A stretch of 63,108 nucleotides of DNA, counting the filler, from a candidate division TA06 bacterium SM23_40 (lineage in GTDB: Bacteria > LJUI01 > SM1-40), in the NCBI GenBank assembly GCA_001303705.1. It is 5 parts of 5 records of this genome, joined end to end, with 100 filler letters (N's around TTAATTAATTAA, not from the genome) between each part and the next. Parts side by side here need not be neighbours in the genome. Positions count along the whole stretch, not along the records: positions 16,611 to 31,264 come from LJUI01000066.1; 4 more parts are not named here. One strand, given 5' to 3'. Shown piece after piece: positions 20,157-29,850 of this stretch. Every line of letters begins with the position of its first letter. Position 1 is the first letter of the stretch. Both the position numbers and the translations under genes were made by a program. Below the pieces are notes generated by a model, which was not told where the DNA came from, ran no database searches, and was given only the letters and a program-made list of their open reading frames with translations.

Positions 20157-21272
20157 TCATATCGCAATGAGGTCCTTCGGAGCCCGGGTGAGCACCTCGC
20201 AGCCATCATCAGTGATCACAACCATATCCTCAATCCGCACGCCGCCCCATCCGGGAATATAGATGCCCGGCTCGATCGTCACGACCATCCCCGTCTCCAA
20301 CGTATCCTTACTCTCCTGAGAGAGCTTCGGTCCCTCATGTACCTCCAGGCCTACACCATGACCCAGCCCGTGCCCGAACCGGTCCCCGTACCCCTCCATA
20401 TCGATGAGCGCACGGGCCGTACTGTCCGCCTCGGCGGCCGTGATCCCACTGCGCACAACCTCCAGCGCCTCCCTTTGAGCTCTCTGCACGGTCGCGTAGA
20501 TCTGCTGTTGCTCGGCTGAGGGACTGCCGACGACGAGGGTGCGGGTCAGATCTGAGGCATAGCCATCGATGTACGCACCGAGATCCAGGACGACGAAATC
20601 CCCGGCACTCACTCTTCGGCGGGTGGGCTTGGCGTGGGGCACGGACGAACGGGGACCTGAGGCGACGATAGTATCGAAGGCCGGTGCCTGGGCGCCAGCC
20701 CTGCGCATGCGACAGTCGATCTCCGCCGCTATCTCAATTTCTGTCATTCCCGGCTTTGCGAGCTCACAGATCTCTCCGAAGACGCGGTCGCCGAGCTCGA
20801 CCGCCGCCCTGATCTGTCTCACCTCTTCCTCATCCTTGCGCAGCCGGAGCCCCTCGACGATGCCGACTGCCGAACTGAGCTCCCGGCCCGGAAGAAGCTC
20901 CTGGAGCTGCTCGAAGGATGCATACTTCAGGTCTGCCCCCTCGAACGCCATCTTCGCTATCCCCCGAGCGGCATCGTCGCGAGCCATCGCCTGGAGCAGC
21001 GTACCCTTCTTGACCTCGATCCTGCTACCGGCCACCTCAGCGTGGGCCTGTTCATCGTACCGGAAGTCCGTGAAGAATACGACTTCATCCGGCACGATGA
21101 GCAGGAGACCAGCCGTCCCGGTGAAACCGACGAGGTACCTGATATTGGAGAGGTTGGTGACGAAAAACGCGTCGATTTCGCGTTCGCTCAGCACCTGACG
21201 GAGGGCGTTCAGTCGCGCGGTCGCAGCCAAGTATCCACTCTCCCCCGAATAGAGAAAACCGGGCCCCACCAC
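20157..21272 (-). CDS. Xaa-Pro aminopeptidase (M24B)
   Basis: TDFRY, DLGA..GYASDLTRT, HGLGHGVGLEVHE, TIEPGIY, GVRIED; exact start uncertain. Confidence 0.93.
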   Translation of the reverse strand: MVGPGFLYSGESGYLAATARLNALRQVLSEREIDAFFVTNLSNIRYLVGFTGTAGLLLIVPDEVVFFTDFRYDEQAHAEVAGSRIEVKKGTLLQAMARDDAARGIAKMAFEGADLKYASFEQLQELLPGRELSSAVGIVEGLRLRKDEEEVRQIRAAVELGDRVFGEICELAKPGMTEIEIAAEIDCRMRRAGAQAPAFDTIVASGPRSSVPHAKPTRRRVSAGDFVVLDLGAYIDGYASDLTRTLVVGSPSAEQQQIYATVQRAQREALEVVRSGITAAEADSTARALIDMEGYGDRFGHGLGHGVGLEVHEGPKLSQESKDTLETGMVVTIEPGIYIPGWGGVRIEDMVVITDDGCEVLTRAPKDLIAI

Positions 21273-21342
21273 CTATGGGTGAGCGGCGAGACCCTAGCGT
21301 TCTGCTCTGCTTCTTCTCTATGCCAGTCGTTGCCGAACGCAC

Positions 21343-23625
21343 TTACTTGGTCAGCCCGTTCAGCCAATCCTGGAATCTCTTGAGATCTTCGTCCCTAGCT
21401 TGGCGTCTCGGTGGTGCGGTCTTTTGCGTCTCAGGCTCGGCCGGCGTCACCGGCCCAACCTCTACTTCTTTTTCGACGTGAGGTCCGGGCCCCAACAATC
21501 CTGCGGCTTCGCGAACCATGTCGTCCAGCCCGCCAGCAGGAGGTGCTTGTGGCTCTTCTTGTTTCGTCACCTCGACAGGCTTCGCCGGCTCCATGCCGGC
21601 AACACCTTCAGCGCCCAGACCGAGCTTGTCCCTCTCCTCAGAAGTGAAGAGATCACTGAAGGCGATCGTCTCCTCTGCGGGGGCGAACTCGGGGGCTTCC
21701 CGAGGTCTGGCCTCGGCCGGCGCGGCCCCGGTCGGCCCGGCCTCCGCTTCTCCCTCCTCTAGCTCAGGGTACACCATCTCCCCGATCGGCACATTGGCCG
21801 TCGGAACCTTCGGCTCCGCGGGCGCCTCAACCTCGGGAGGAACCTCCATGTCGAACGTCATCTTTTCCGGCCGGGGAATGGCGTCGGTCTCGCCCTCCTC
21901 CGCCTCCGGAGCGATTACGCTCTCCGGAGGGGTCTCATGGAAGGGCGTTACCTCCGTCTCCTTCCCTCCCGCAAGCTCGGGAGGCACCTCCATGTCGAAT
22001 GCCGATCTCGCCGTCGGCTCTTCCTCAGGCACCTCAGCCCGTTCGGGTGCTGCCCCGGTAAGAGTCATGCCCGTCTCTGCGTCACGGGTCGGCTCTCCCT
22101 GGAGCTCGCGGACCATAGAGTCAAAGGGATCGTCCTCCACGACAGGGGCGCCAGAAGGCGGCTCTCCCCAGGGAGCCTCAGCTGCGGGCGGTTCACCTGA
22201 TCCGGATGGTTCGCCGGCCTGGTCGACATGCTCTGAGATGCGGGCAGTCAACTCTTCTGCCTTACGGCGGTACTCTTCGTTTCCCGGTTCTGTGGCGAGC
22301 AGTTGGCGGTAGATCTCAAGTGCCTTTTCAGTGAAGCCCTGCTCGGCGTATATCTCAGCCAGGGTGAGCGTAGCCAGGGGCACCTTCTCCTGGTCTGTCT
22401 CCCGCTCCGATACTGGAGCCACCGGCTCCGGAGTGGATGGCTCAGGTGTTGGCGCCGACTCTGCGTCAGATTCTGACGCGATCGCGACCTCCCGCACCAG
22501 GGCAGGCGGCTCCGGCACGTCCGCGGTCGGAATCTCAGACGCCTTCACCTCTCCCAGTATCGACTCTTCTGCTGGCGGCTCCGGGGCAATGGCTATCGCG
22601 ACCCCGGGTTCGCGTACCTCCCCTCGCGTGGGTTCTGCAGCGGGCGGCTCCGATGCCGGCCAGACCTCTGGCTCCCGCAGAGCCTCAACCTCCGGCCCTG
22701 CCGCCAGCTCTATGTCTCGCTCCTCGGCGGGCTGCTCCGGAACATCCGCCTTCGGAAGCTCCGGCTCCAGTGTCTCCCCCCGCCTAGGCTCCTCCGCGCC
22801 AGGCTCCTGCGTCGGCCCGACCTCTTGCTCCGGCCGAGCCTCGACCTCCGGCCCTGCCGCCAGCTCTATCTTCGGCTCGGCAGACGGTGGCAGAGGCTCT
22901 TCCTCTGGTTCTGTCTGGGCCTCCGGCTCTACGATTGGGCGCTCGATAGCCGGTTCCGCCTCAGGCCCGGGAGCAGTCAGCAGCGGTTCTTCCAGGCCAG
23001 GGGACTCCGCCATCTCCACTTCGGGCACGGGCTGCGGCTCGATCAGCGGCGGCGGCTCGATCAGCGGCGCCTCGGGCAACGCCTCCGCTGCCACCGATGA
23101 CTCGACCGCGCTCTCCTCCCCCGGCGGAGCCTCGAACCGGGGCTGGGGTTCGATCGCCGCCTGTTGTGTCGGCATCGGCCCTCCGACTTGACCACCGGAC
23201 CCTTCAGTCAGCTGCGTCAATTTCTCCAGAACGGCCTCATTCAGCGGATCGAGTTCGATCACGCGCTGGTACAGCTCGACCGCCTGATCGCGCATACCCT
23301 GACCGAGGCTGATATCACCGAGCAACGCAAGAGCGACCAAGTTCCGCGGATCGATCTCCAGAGCGGTATTGAGGTACTGCTTCGCAAGCCCGAGCATGCC
23401 CTTTCCGTAATAGCAACGACCGAGCACGATGTGCGCGCTGGCATAACGGGGATGGTGCTCCAGACCCTGCTTGCAGACCTGGACGGCCTCCTCGAACATG
23501 CCGCACTTGCGATAGGCGTCAGCCAATTGTGCAAAAAGACGTGACTTGGGATCCTTAGCCAGCTTCTCCGTGAGCCGCTGGATTTCTGGACTCAAGTGGA
23601 CGTCCTCTTCACCCACGACGTTCAC
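21343..23625 (-). CDS. TPR protein with long Glu/Pro/Ala-rich repetitive linkers
   Basis: DPKSRLFAQLADAYRK followed by TPRs; internal TLTLAEIYAEQG TPR; C-terminal FQDWL helix; internal 156-bp and 144-bp duplications. Confidence 0.85.
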   Translation of the reverse strand: MNVVGEEDVHLSPEIQRLTEKLAKDPKSRLFAQLADAYRKCGMFEEAVQVCKQGLEHHPRYASAHIVLGRCYYGKGMLGLAKQYLNTALEIDPRNLVALALLGDISLGQGMRDQAVELYQRVIELDPLNEAVLEKLTQLTEGSGGQVGGPMPTQQAAIEPQPRFEAPPGEESAVESSVAAEALPEAPLIEPPPLIEPQPVPEVEMAESPGLEEPLLTAPGPEAEPAIERPIVEPEAQTEPEEEPLPPSAEPKIELAAGPEVEARPEQEVGPTQEPGAEEPRRGETLEPELPKADVPEQPAEERDIELAAGPEVEALREPEVWPASEPPAAEPTRGEVREPGVAIAIAPEPPAEESILGEVKASEIPTADVPEPPALVREVAIASESDAESAPTPEPSTPEPVAPVSERETDQEKVPLATLTLAEIYAEQGFTEKALEIYRQLLATEPGNEEYRRKAEELTARISEHVDQAGEPSGSGEPPAAEAPWGEPPSGAPVVEDDPFDSMVRELQGEPTRDAETGMTLTGAAPERAEVPEEEPTARSAFDMEVPPELAGGKETEVTPFHETPPESVIAPEAEEGETDAIPRPEKMTFDMEVPPEVEAPAEPKVPTANVPIGEMVYPELEEGEAEAGPTGAAPAEARPREAPEFAPAEETIAFSDLFTSEERDKLGLGAEGVAGMEPAKPVEVTKQEEPQAPPAGGLDDMVREAAGLLGPGPHVEKEVEVGPVTPAEPETQKTAPPRRQARDEDLKRFQDWLNGLTK

Positions 23626-23690
23626 CCCCTTGAGGCTTTGGCGAAGGCATCACTGAGAGGTATAAAGTCGCGGAACTCATCAATCATCAA

Positions 23691-23719
23691 ACTATAACCA
23701 CGCTCCGAACCCTTGTCAA
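23691..23719 (-). promoter_or_regulatory. Sigma70 promoter of the TPR-pepP-efp-accB-pilT-accC operon
   Basis: Minus strand TTGACA-17 nt-TATAGT. Confidence 0.75.
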
Positions 23720-23753
23720 GCGAAAACTCCCCCTCAGACGCACCGCCACCGGA

Positions 23754-23800
23754 GCGCCACCATCTACGCCTGCGCGCCACCATCCGGGCCTGCGCGCCAT
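23754..23800. repeat. Intergenic 20-bp tandem repeat (~2.3 copies)
   Basis: GCGCCACCATCTACGCCTGC / GCGCCACCATCCGGGCCTGC / GCGCCAT. Confidence 0.7.
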
Positions 23801-23863
23801 GTCGGTCGGGATACCTGAGTCGTTCATCTGCGGGCCATGTGCCCGCACCCCATGACCTTCCGG

Positions 23864-24973
23864 TCAGTGAGGCCCCGGAATGTCCTCCTCAGTCAGTCCA
23901 AGCCTCTCCAGAACAAGCGCCCTCTGTTCACGGCGATAGGTGCCATCTCTCACCTGGGCGTAGGCCTGTTCGGCTATCCTGAGCCACGTCTCCCGGTCTG
24001 TCAAGCCCTCTCGCACGTACCTGGCAAACTCCCGCACAAAAGGGCTGTGGCCGAGGCGTTTGCCGTCGAAGTATTGAAAGAAGTGGACCATAAGGCAGTT
24101 GGTCTCCCGCACATCTTCCTTCCCCCCGGAGATGAGTCCCCGCTCAATGATCTCCCCGGTGTAGCGATCCGGGTAGTATCCCCAGCCCTTGAACGGAGTG
24201 AGGACCATCGGGTATTTGGCGGCCGTGTACCTGAAGAACCTGGGGGGAATACGTTTCACGATCGAGAGCGCCATCGGCCTCGGTATCCAGGCATGCATGT
24301 GCGCCCTGAACATCTCCCACACGTATGCGCTCGATTCAGTATCGAGAGCCCGGTCGAGAAGCTCTCTCACATACCGGCCGTCATGGTAGAAGCGGGTTCT
24401 CCCGATCCGGATTGTCGGCCGATCCTGCTCTGCGGCCCAGCCCAGGATGACGAATGGGATGCCCAAACGGAGCGCGATTATCTTGGCGAAGCTTCCGTAG
24501 AAGGCGGTGCAGGACGGACAGATGACCTCTATGAACACGTCCGGCCCGCTCGCAATCAAGTGACGGAATATCTGCCTGATGAGCTCGAACCTGGGCCGGA
24601 AGTAGATGTGATCGATGCGGAGCTCATTGGCGGTACTCTCTATGTTCTCGCGAGCAGCCGGAGGAAGGAGTCCGTTATCGAACGTATAGCCAAGGATATT
24701 CAGGCCGTACTTCTCCTTGAGCGCATAGGCCACATACGTGCTGTCTTTGCCGCCGCTCATCCCCACGAGACAGTCGTACCGTCCCGTACCACGTCTCGCC
24801 TCGAGGAGGCGATCGAACTGCCTGCTATTCTTGGCCTGGAGCTCCGGCGTCAACTCAGGCCCCTCTGCCTGGTACTGACGGCAGTAGTTGCACACACCCT
24901 CCTCATCAAAGGTGATAGACGGGTAGGTCTCCGGCAGAATGCAGCACGTACATCGTTTCAGGCTTTCCTGCAT
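23864..24973 (-). CDS. N-acetyl-sugar amidotransferase-like PP-loop ATPase (WbpG/PseA family)
   Basis: CTCCILPET.P.ITFDEEGVCNYC, YDCLVGMSGGKDS, TFDNG, CPSC, TNC. Confidence 0.8.
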   Translation of the reverse strand: MQESLKRCTCCILPETYPSITFDEEGVCNYCRQYQAEGPELTPELQAKNSRQFDRLLEARRGTGRYDCLVGMSGGKDSTYVAYALKEKYGLNILGYTFDNGLLPPAARENIESTANELRIDHIYFRPRFELIRQIFRHLIASGPDVFIEVICPSCTAFYGSFAKIIALRLGIPFVILGWAAEQDRPTIRIGRTRFYHDGRYVRELLDRALDTESSAYVWEMFRAHMHAWIPRPMALSIVKRIPPRFFRYTAAKYPMVLTPFKGWGYYPDRYTGEIIERGLISGGKEDVRETNCLMVHFFQYFDGKRLGHSPFVREFARYVREGLTDRETWLRIAEQAYAQVRDGTYRREQRALVLERLGLTEEDIPGPH

Positions 24974-25240
24974 ACCACTATCTCCCGGTCATGGCTTCCT
25001 TTCCAGAGATCCCGGAACGCATCGCCGCCTGCTGCCAACTGAGCAGGGATCACTCTCTCCCCGTCCCCCGTCCTGCCCGCCGTGTGTCCGGGATCACGGC
25101 GAAGACGAGGCAAGATCGAGATGCTACCCACGCTGGAATAGAGTACGTGGTTCAGAACTCGTCACACACGGTGTGCCGCCCATTCCGCCAGACAAGAGGA
25201 ACACACCAGCCGGCACACCGACATCGCCGGGCGCCCTCCA

Positions 25241-25273
25241 CAGACTATTCTCAGACTATCCTTAGACTATCCT
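25241..25273. repeat. Three 11-bp direct repeats
   Basis: CAGACTATTCT CAGACTATCCT TAGACTATCCT. Confidence 0.75.
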
Positions 25274-25275
25274 TC

Positions 25276-26322
25276 TCACGGCATCTCTTCAAAGGTCCGA
25301 GCAATGACTGAGAGCTGGCGCAGGGGTGGGTATTTGTCTTCCCCCGGCGCAACGACGACGAGGTCGATCAAGTAGAGCCGCTCCCCGCCCCGGCCCCGGA
25401 AGCAGTATGTCCAGAAGGGTCCACCGACCATCTGCCCGCTGTTCATCCACCTCCCCTTGAGAATCATGGCCTCCCGGCCCACGAATCTCCCCCGCTCCCA
25501 CCTGCTCCCGTCAATGTCTGTGCTATCCCCGTAGAATTCGGCGGCCAGCCGGGCCCGGAGCTCGAGGCTATGGGAGGGTGCGATCTCCACGTCTCGGCCG
25601 ACACGACCCCAGTGAATGAAGAGCTGCCGCTCGGGATAGTGTTGGATGAAGCTCACGAATCCGGCCGCCGGGTTCTCGTCTCGAATCTGAAAGCCGGAGG
25701 GGACACGGATCGACCATCCGTACTCGCTAGCGAACCGCTCAGCCAACGGTTTCTTGTATCCACGCAGGTATAGCGTCCTCCTCACCCGATCTTCTACCTC
25801 CATCGTCATCGCTGCGTACAGAGAGTCGCCGAGCTGGTCTACTGCCGCCACGAGCCGATCGGCATTCGGCGCCACAAGGGAAATGACCGCCTGATTGCGT
25901 GCCCACACGTTGCGGCGCACGAAGATGGCCGGCTCCGACACCGCGCCCAGTCCATCACGGCCTACCGCATCCTCGAGGGCGCGACGGACAGAGCCACCGG
26001 CATCGGCCGGCGCGACGAGCAAGACATTACGCCTGTTGGCGCCCTCCTCGGAGAAGACCAGGGTATCGACGTGCTCGACGACAAAGACCTGTTCGGCCTC
26101 GAGTATCACCACCGTGCGCTCCAGCTCCTCCTTCAGGGACGCCTCGATGCGGCTCCAGACGTCGGGGGGTGTGAGCACCACCACCTCCTTGTTGCCCCCC
26201 TTCGCCGGGAGAAGCGGTTTGGTGCACGACGGGGCAAGGGCGACCATCACCATTAGCAGCGCAACCGCAATCCAACGGGTCTCATGCGCCCCCCGGGTGA
26301 ACCTCCTTCTTCTCGTATCCAT
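25276..26322 (-). CDS. Lipoprotein, DUF4837-like
   Basis: Lipobox LAPS-C; NVWARNQAV, GRW..MVGGPF, APGEDK..LRQL. Confidence 0.75.
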   Translation of the reverse strand: MDTRRRRFTRGAHETRWIAVALLMVMVALAPSCTKPLLPAKGGNKEVVVLTPPDVWSRIEASLKEELERTVVILEAEQVFVVEHVDTLVFSEEGANRRNVLLVAPADAGGSVRRALEDAVGRDGLGAVSEPAIFVRRNVWARNQAVISLVAPNADRLVAAVDQLGDSLYAAMTMEVEDRVRRTLYLRGYKKPLAERFASEYGWSIRVPSGFQIRDENPAAGFVSFIQHYPERQLFIHWGRVGRDVEIAPSHSLELRARLAAEFYGDSTDIDGSRWERGRFVGREAMILKGRWMNSGQMVGGPFWTYCFRGRGGERLYLIDLVVVAPGEDKYPPLRQLSVIARTFEEMP

Positions 26323-26361
26323 CGATCTCCTGATATCTGCCCGTTAGTCTATACTGGCTGT

Positions 26362-28464
26362 CTATCCCACGTCGGCGAGTTCGAGCCTCGCCCGATGATA
26401 CCTCCCGAATTCTCTCCCGATCCCAAGATGTTCGATCCCCTCAAGATCGGGATCAGCCTTGATGAGCGCGAACGCCTCCTTCCGTGCCGCACTGAGCAGG
26501 TCGGCATCTCTCGCGATGTCCGCCACACGCAGCCGCGGCAGACCGTGTTGCCTCGTTCCGAAGAACTCGCCCGGCCCTCTCAGGCGGAGGTCTTCTTCCG
26601 CGATCACGAAGCCGTCGGTCTCTCGTTCGAATACCGCAAGGCGCCTCCCGGCTTCGGATGAAAGGTTGCGCCCGGTGAGGAGAATACAGTAAGAACGCTC
26701 GGTTCCCCTGCCTATGCGGCCGCGAAGCTGATGTAGCTGTGCCAATCCGAAGCGCTCGGCGTGCTCAACCACCATCACCGTGGCGTTCGGGACGTCGATT
26801 CCAACTTCTATTACGGTCGTAGCCACCAATATATCTAGCTCACCGGACCGGAACGCCGTCATGATCTCGTCCTTCTCCTCCCCTTTCATGCGACCGTGGA
26901 GCAAGGCGAGATGACGGTGCGAGAAGGGCCCGGTGCGAAGCACATCGTAGGTCTTCTCCGCGGCCGCGAGGTCGAGCTTCTCCGACTCCTCGATGAGCGG
27001 GCAGACCACATAGCACTGCCGCCCGCGATCGAGCTGGTGCTCGATGAACCTGTGTACCTTCCCCCGTGCGCCAACGTTCGCGCACCGGGTGACGACGCTA
27101 CCGCGACCGGGCGGGAGTTCGTCGATCACCGATAGATCGAGATCGCCGTACACGGTCATCGCCAGGGAACGGGGAATCGGGGTCGCGGACATCACCAACA
27201 CATCCGGCGATGCCCCCTTGCCCCTGAGCCTGGCCCGTTGGGCCACCCCGAACCGGTGCTGCTCGTCGACTACGACGAGTCCGAGGTCCGAGAACTCTAC
27301 ACCCTCTTCGAGGAGCGCGTGGGTCCCGACGACGATCTCGACTTTGCCCTCGCGGATCGCGCTTCGCACCTCAGTCTTGGCCTGGCCGGGGAGGCGGCCG
27401 ACAAGCAGAGCGACTCTGATCCCCAGACGATCGAGCAGGCGGGCCAGGACCATATGGTGCTGTTCTGCGAGAATCTCAGTGGGCGCCATAAGCGCCGCCT
27501 GGTACCCATCTGCCACGGCAACGAGCATCGCCGCCAACGCCACCACTGTCTTTCCGGATCCTACGTCGCCCTGGAGAAGCCGATTCATGGGGCACGACTC
27601 ACCCATGTCTCTGATGATCTCCCCGAGAACGCGCTCCTGTGCAGCCGTGAATTCATAATCGAGTTCGCGCCTCAGCCGCTGCACCAGCTCGTCGTTGGGC
27701 GGGAATGCAATGCCCTGCGCCCCTCCGCGCGCCGACCGATGTCTCAGTGCCAGGAGAAGCTCGAGGAAGAAGAGCTCGTCGAAAGCAAGGCGCCTGCGCG
27801 ACTCCTCAGCCTGGCCGACCGTCTCCGGGAAGTGAACGCCCCAGAAAGCCTGGCGTCTTCCGACAAGACGGTGGCGGGCGATGATGGTCGTTGGCAGGTA
27901 CCCGTCGAGCTCACCCTCACATGCATCGAGCGCCGACCGAATGAGATTCCGGAGGTGTCCCTGAGAGATACGGCCAACGGTCGGGTAGACCGGGATGATG
28001 CGCCCGCGATCCGGTGCCATACGACTGTTGCCCGTCTCCAGAACGTCGCATTCCGGGTGTACAAATTCCGGACCGTGATAGTGCCCGACGGTTCCCGATA
28101 CGAGAACTCGATCCCCCTTCTTGAGCTGGCCTCTACGCCACGGCTGATTGAACCACTTGCAGGTGATCGCTGCAGGTCCATCCTCGATGCGCGCGAGAAC
28201 GAGCGGCCCGCGCGACCGCAACCGTTCCACCCAGACACGTTTCACCCGACCGTACGTCGTGACAGAGTCGCCCACCCTCAGATCGCTCAGGCGACAGATG
28301 CATGACCTGTCGAGATAACGACGGGGGATGTGGTGAATCAGATCAGATACCGTCTCGATGCCCAGATCAGAGAGCGCCGCCGCTCTCGCCCCACCCACCC
28401 CCTTGACGCACTGGACGGGCATGTCGAGAGAAAGCCTCTGATCGCCTGGGAACGATCCTCGCAT
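26362..28464 (-). CDS. recG: ATP-dependent DNA helicase RecG
   Basis: [66 protein letters not shown]; start uncertain (ORF open from 28512). Confidence 0.96.
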   Translation of the reverse strand: MRGSFPGDQRLSLDMPVQCVKGVGGARAAALSDLGIETVSDLIHHIPRRYLDRSCICRLSDLRVGDSVTTYGRVKRVWVERLRSRGPLVLARIEDGPAAITCKWFNQPWRRGQLKKGDRVLVSGTVGHYHGPEFVHPECDVLETGNSRMAPDRGRIIPVYPTVGRISQGHLRNLIRSALDACEGELDGYLPTTIIARHRLVGRRQAFWGVHFPETVGQAEESRRRLAFDELFFLELLLALRHRSARGGAQGIAFPPNDELVQRLRRELDYEFTAAQERVLGEIIRDMGESCPMNRLLQGDVGSGKTVVALAAMLVAVADGYQAALMAPTEILAEQHHMVLARLLDRLGIRVALLVGRLPGQAKTEVRSAIREGKVEIVVGTHALLEEGVEFSDLGLVVVDEQHRFGVAQRARLRGKGASPDVLVMSATPIPRSLAMTVYGDLDLSVIDELPPGRGSVVTRCANVGARGKVHRFIEHQLDRGRQCYVVCPLIEESEKLDLAAAEKTYDVLRTGPFSHRHLALLHGRMKGEEKDEIMTAFRSGELDILVATTVIEVGIDVPNATVMVVEHAERFGLAQLHQLRGRIGRGTERSYCILLTGRNLSSEAGRRLAVFERETDGFVIAEEDLRLRGPGEFFGTRQHGLPRLRVADIARDADLLSAARKEAFALIKADPDLEGIEHLGIGREFGRYHRARLELADVG

Positions 28465-28510
28465 CACAGACCCCACGGACCACCTGGACAAGAAGTGCAG
28501 ACCTACTACC

Positions 28511-28540
28511 AATCTAGCTCATGCCCCCCTCGCGAGTCAA
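28511..28540 (-). promoter_or_regulatory. Putative recG promoter
   Basis: Minus strand TTGACT-18 nt-TAGATT. Confidence 0.5.
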
Positions 28541-28551
28541 CGGAAAACCTT

Positions 28552-28580
28552 TTGCATTCCCCCACCCCCCATGCTACCAT
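28552..28580 (+). promoter_or_regulatory. Putative divergent promoter firing into the repeat array
   Basis: TTGCAT-17 nt-TACCAT preceded by TG (extended -10, TGcTACCAT). Confidence 0.5.
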
Positions 28581-28593
28581 CCGGAGACGTCCG

Positions 28594-28830
28594 GGGACGT
28601 TGGTAGATTCAGAAGGTTGCGGGGACGCTGCCGGGTGACGGGGACGGAGGACCTCCGCGCACCGCCAGGGACATTGGTAGGTTCAGAAGATTACTGGGAC
28701 GCTGCCGGGTGAGGGGGACGGGGTGACGGGGACGTACCTGGGTTTCGAACGTTATTGGCAGGCCCCGCCGCCAGGGACACTGGTAGGTTCTGTAGGTTAC
28801 GGGAACGTACCTGGATTTTGAAGGTTATTG
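28594..28830 (+). repeat. Modular degenerate direct-repeat array
   Basis: 34-nt module at 28594, 28668 and 28774; 26-nt module at 28732 and 28805; CTGCCGGGTGA.GGGGACGG twice. Confidence 0.85.
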
Positions 28831-28987
28831 CGGGAGCAGGAAGCTACCAGGCTTCTGATGGTCTCTGTCACAGCAGTAGGGACGAACCCAGGTCTTGAGC
28901 ATTCCTTCGCACATACCTGACACCGGAGAGCTACTTTCATACAGTACTTCAGTTATGAAAGACTTCGAAGGCGAAGGGTGAGTGATC

Positions 28988-29512
28988 ATGACCAGAGCAG
29001 ATGCGCAGGGGGCTGTTATGGACAACAGAAGCCTTGTGGGAAGGTGTGGGCTCTATTGCGGGGCATGTGGCATCTATCGGGCACAAAGAGATGACCAGGA
29101 GTGGAGGAAGAGAATCGCGGAGCATTTCGATTGCCCCGCCGAGAAGGTACGGTGTGACGGTTGCGGCGCACTCACTCCGGATTGCTGGGGGTGGGACTGC
29201 AAGCTCGTGCTTTGCCTCAACAACAGAGGCCACCAGTTCTGCAATGAATGCCCGGACTATGAACAGCATACCTGTGAGAAGTTCGAGAAGCTCGCCAAGC
29301 GGTATCTCGAAGAAGATGGCGTCGATCTGAGAAAGAACCTTGCGATGATAGAAGAAGGAAGGGTCGACGAATGGCTCGCTGATTCGAAGAGACTCTACGC
29401 GTGTCGCCACTGTGGGAAACCCGTGACGACCGGAGCGAAGCGATGCCACCACTGTGGACTAGAAATCGACTTGAGCAGCGGGGATCCCGCGGACACTGAC
29501 GAAAACTGTTGA
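28988..29512 (+). CDS. Cys-rich DUF3795-like protein with C-terminal zinc ribbon
   Basis: CGLYCGAC, CDGC, C..C..C, FCNECPDY, CRHCG..CHHCG. Confidence 0.82.
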   Translation: MTRADAQGAVMDNRSLVGRCGLYCGACGIYRAQRDDQEWRKRIAEHFDCPAEKVRCDGCGALTPDCWGWDCKLVLCLNNRGHQFCNECPDYEQHTCEKFEKLAKRYLEEDGVDLRKNLAMIEEGRVDEWLADSKRLYACRHCGKPVTTGAKRCHHCGLEIDLSSGDPADTDENC

Positions 29513-29606
29513 CAGATGAGTCAACAGCGATTAAGCATTACTAAAGAGAGGCCGTGGGATCGAGATCTCACCTGAAAAGGACTATGCTAAACGAGAGGAT
29601 TTCAAC

Positions 29607-29828
29607 ATGGCGAAGTCATGTGCCGTGTGTGGCAAGACTGTCCAGTTCGGCCACAACATAAGTCACGCTCATAATGTGACAAAGAGACGGTGGCAACCGA
29701 ATCTGCAGCGCGTCAAGGTTGTGATCGGGGGGGAAAGCCACAAGATCGATATATGCACAAGGTGTCTTCGTTCGGGGGCGGTCGAAAAACTGAAAGAAGG
29801 CAGCCTGAAGCTCCTCAAGAAGCAGTAG
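29607..29828 (+). CDS. rpmB: 50S ribosomal protein L28 (Zn-binding type)
   Basis: MAKSCAVCGK..GHNISHAHNVTKRRWQPNLQ..CTRCLRSG. Confidence 0.96.
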   Translation: MAKSCAVCGKTVQFGHNISHAHNVTKRRWQPNLQRVKVVIGGESHKIDICTRCLRSGAVEKLKEGSLKLLKKQ

Positions 29829-29850
29829 CCTACTAGAATGATCCCGCGTC

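Noticed and set aside
28594..28830. CRISPR array
   Set aside because: Repeats are degenerate, spacing is irregular, the intervening segments are themselves repeated, and no cas genes are present.
29616..29850. Radical SAM C-terminus overlapping rpmB in antisense
   Set aside because: Consequence of the frameshift near 29967; the conserved-looking tail ends at 29851.
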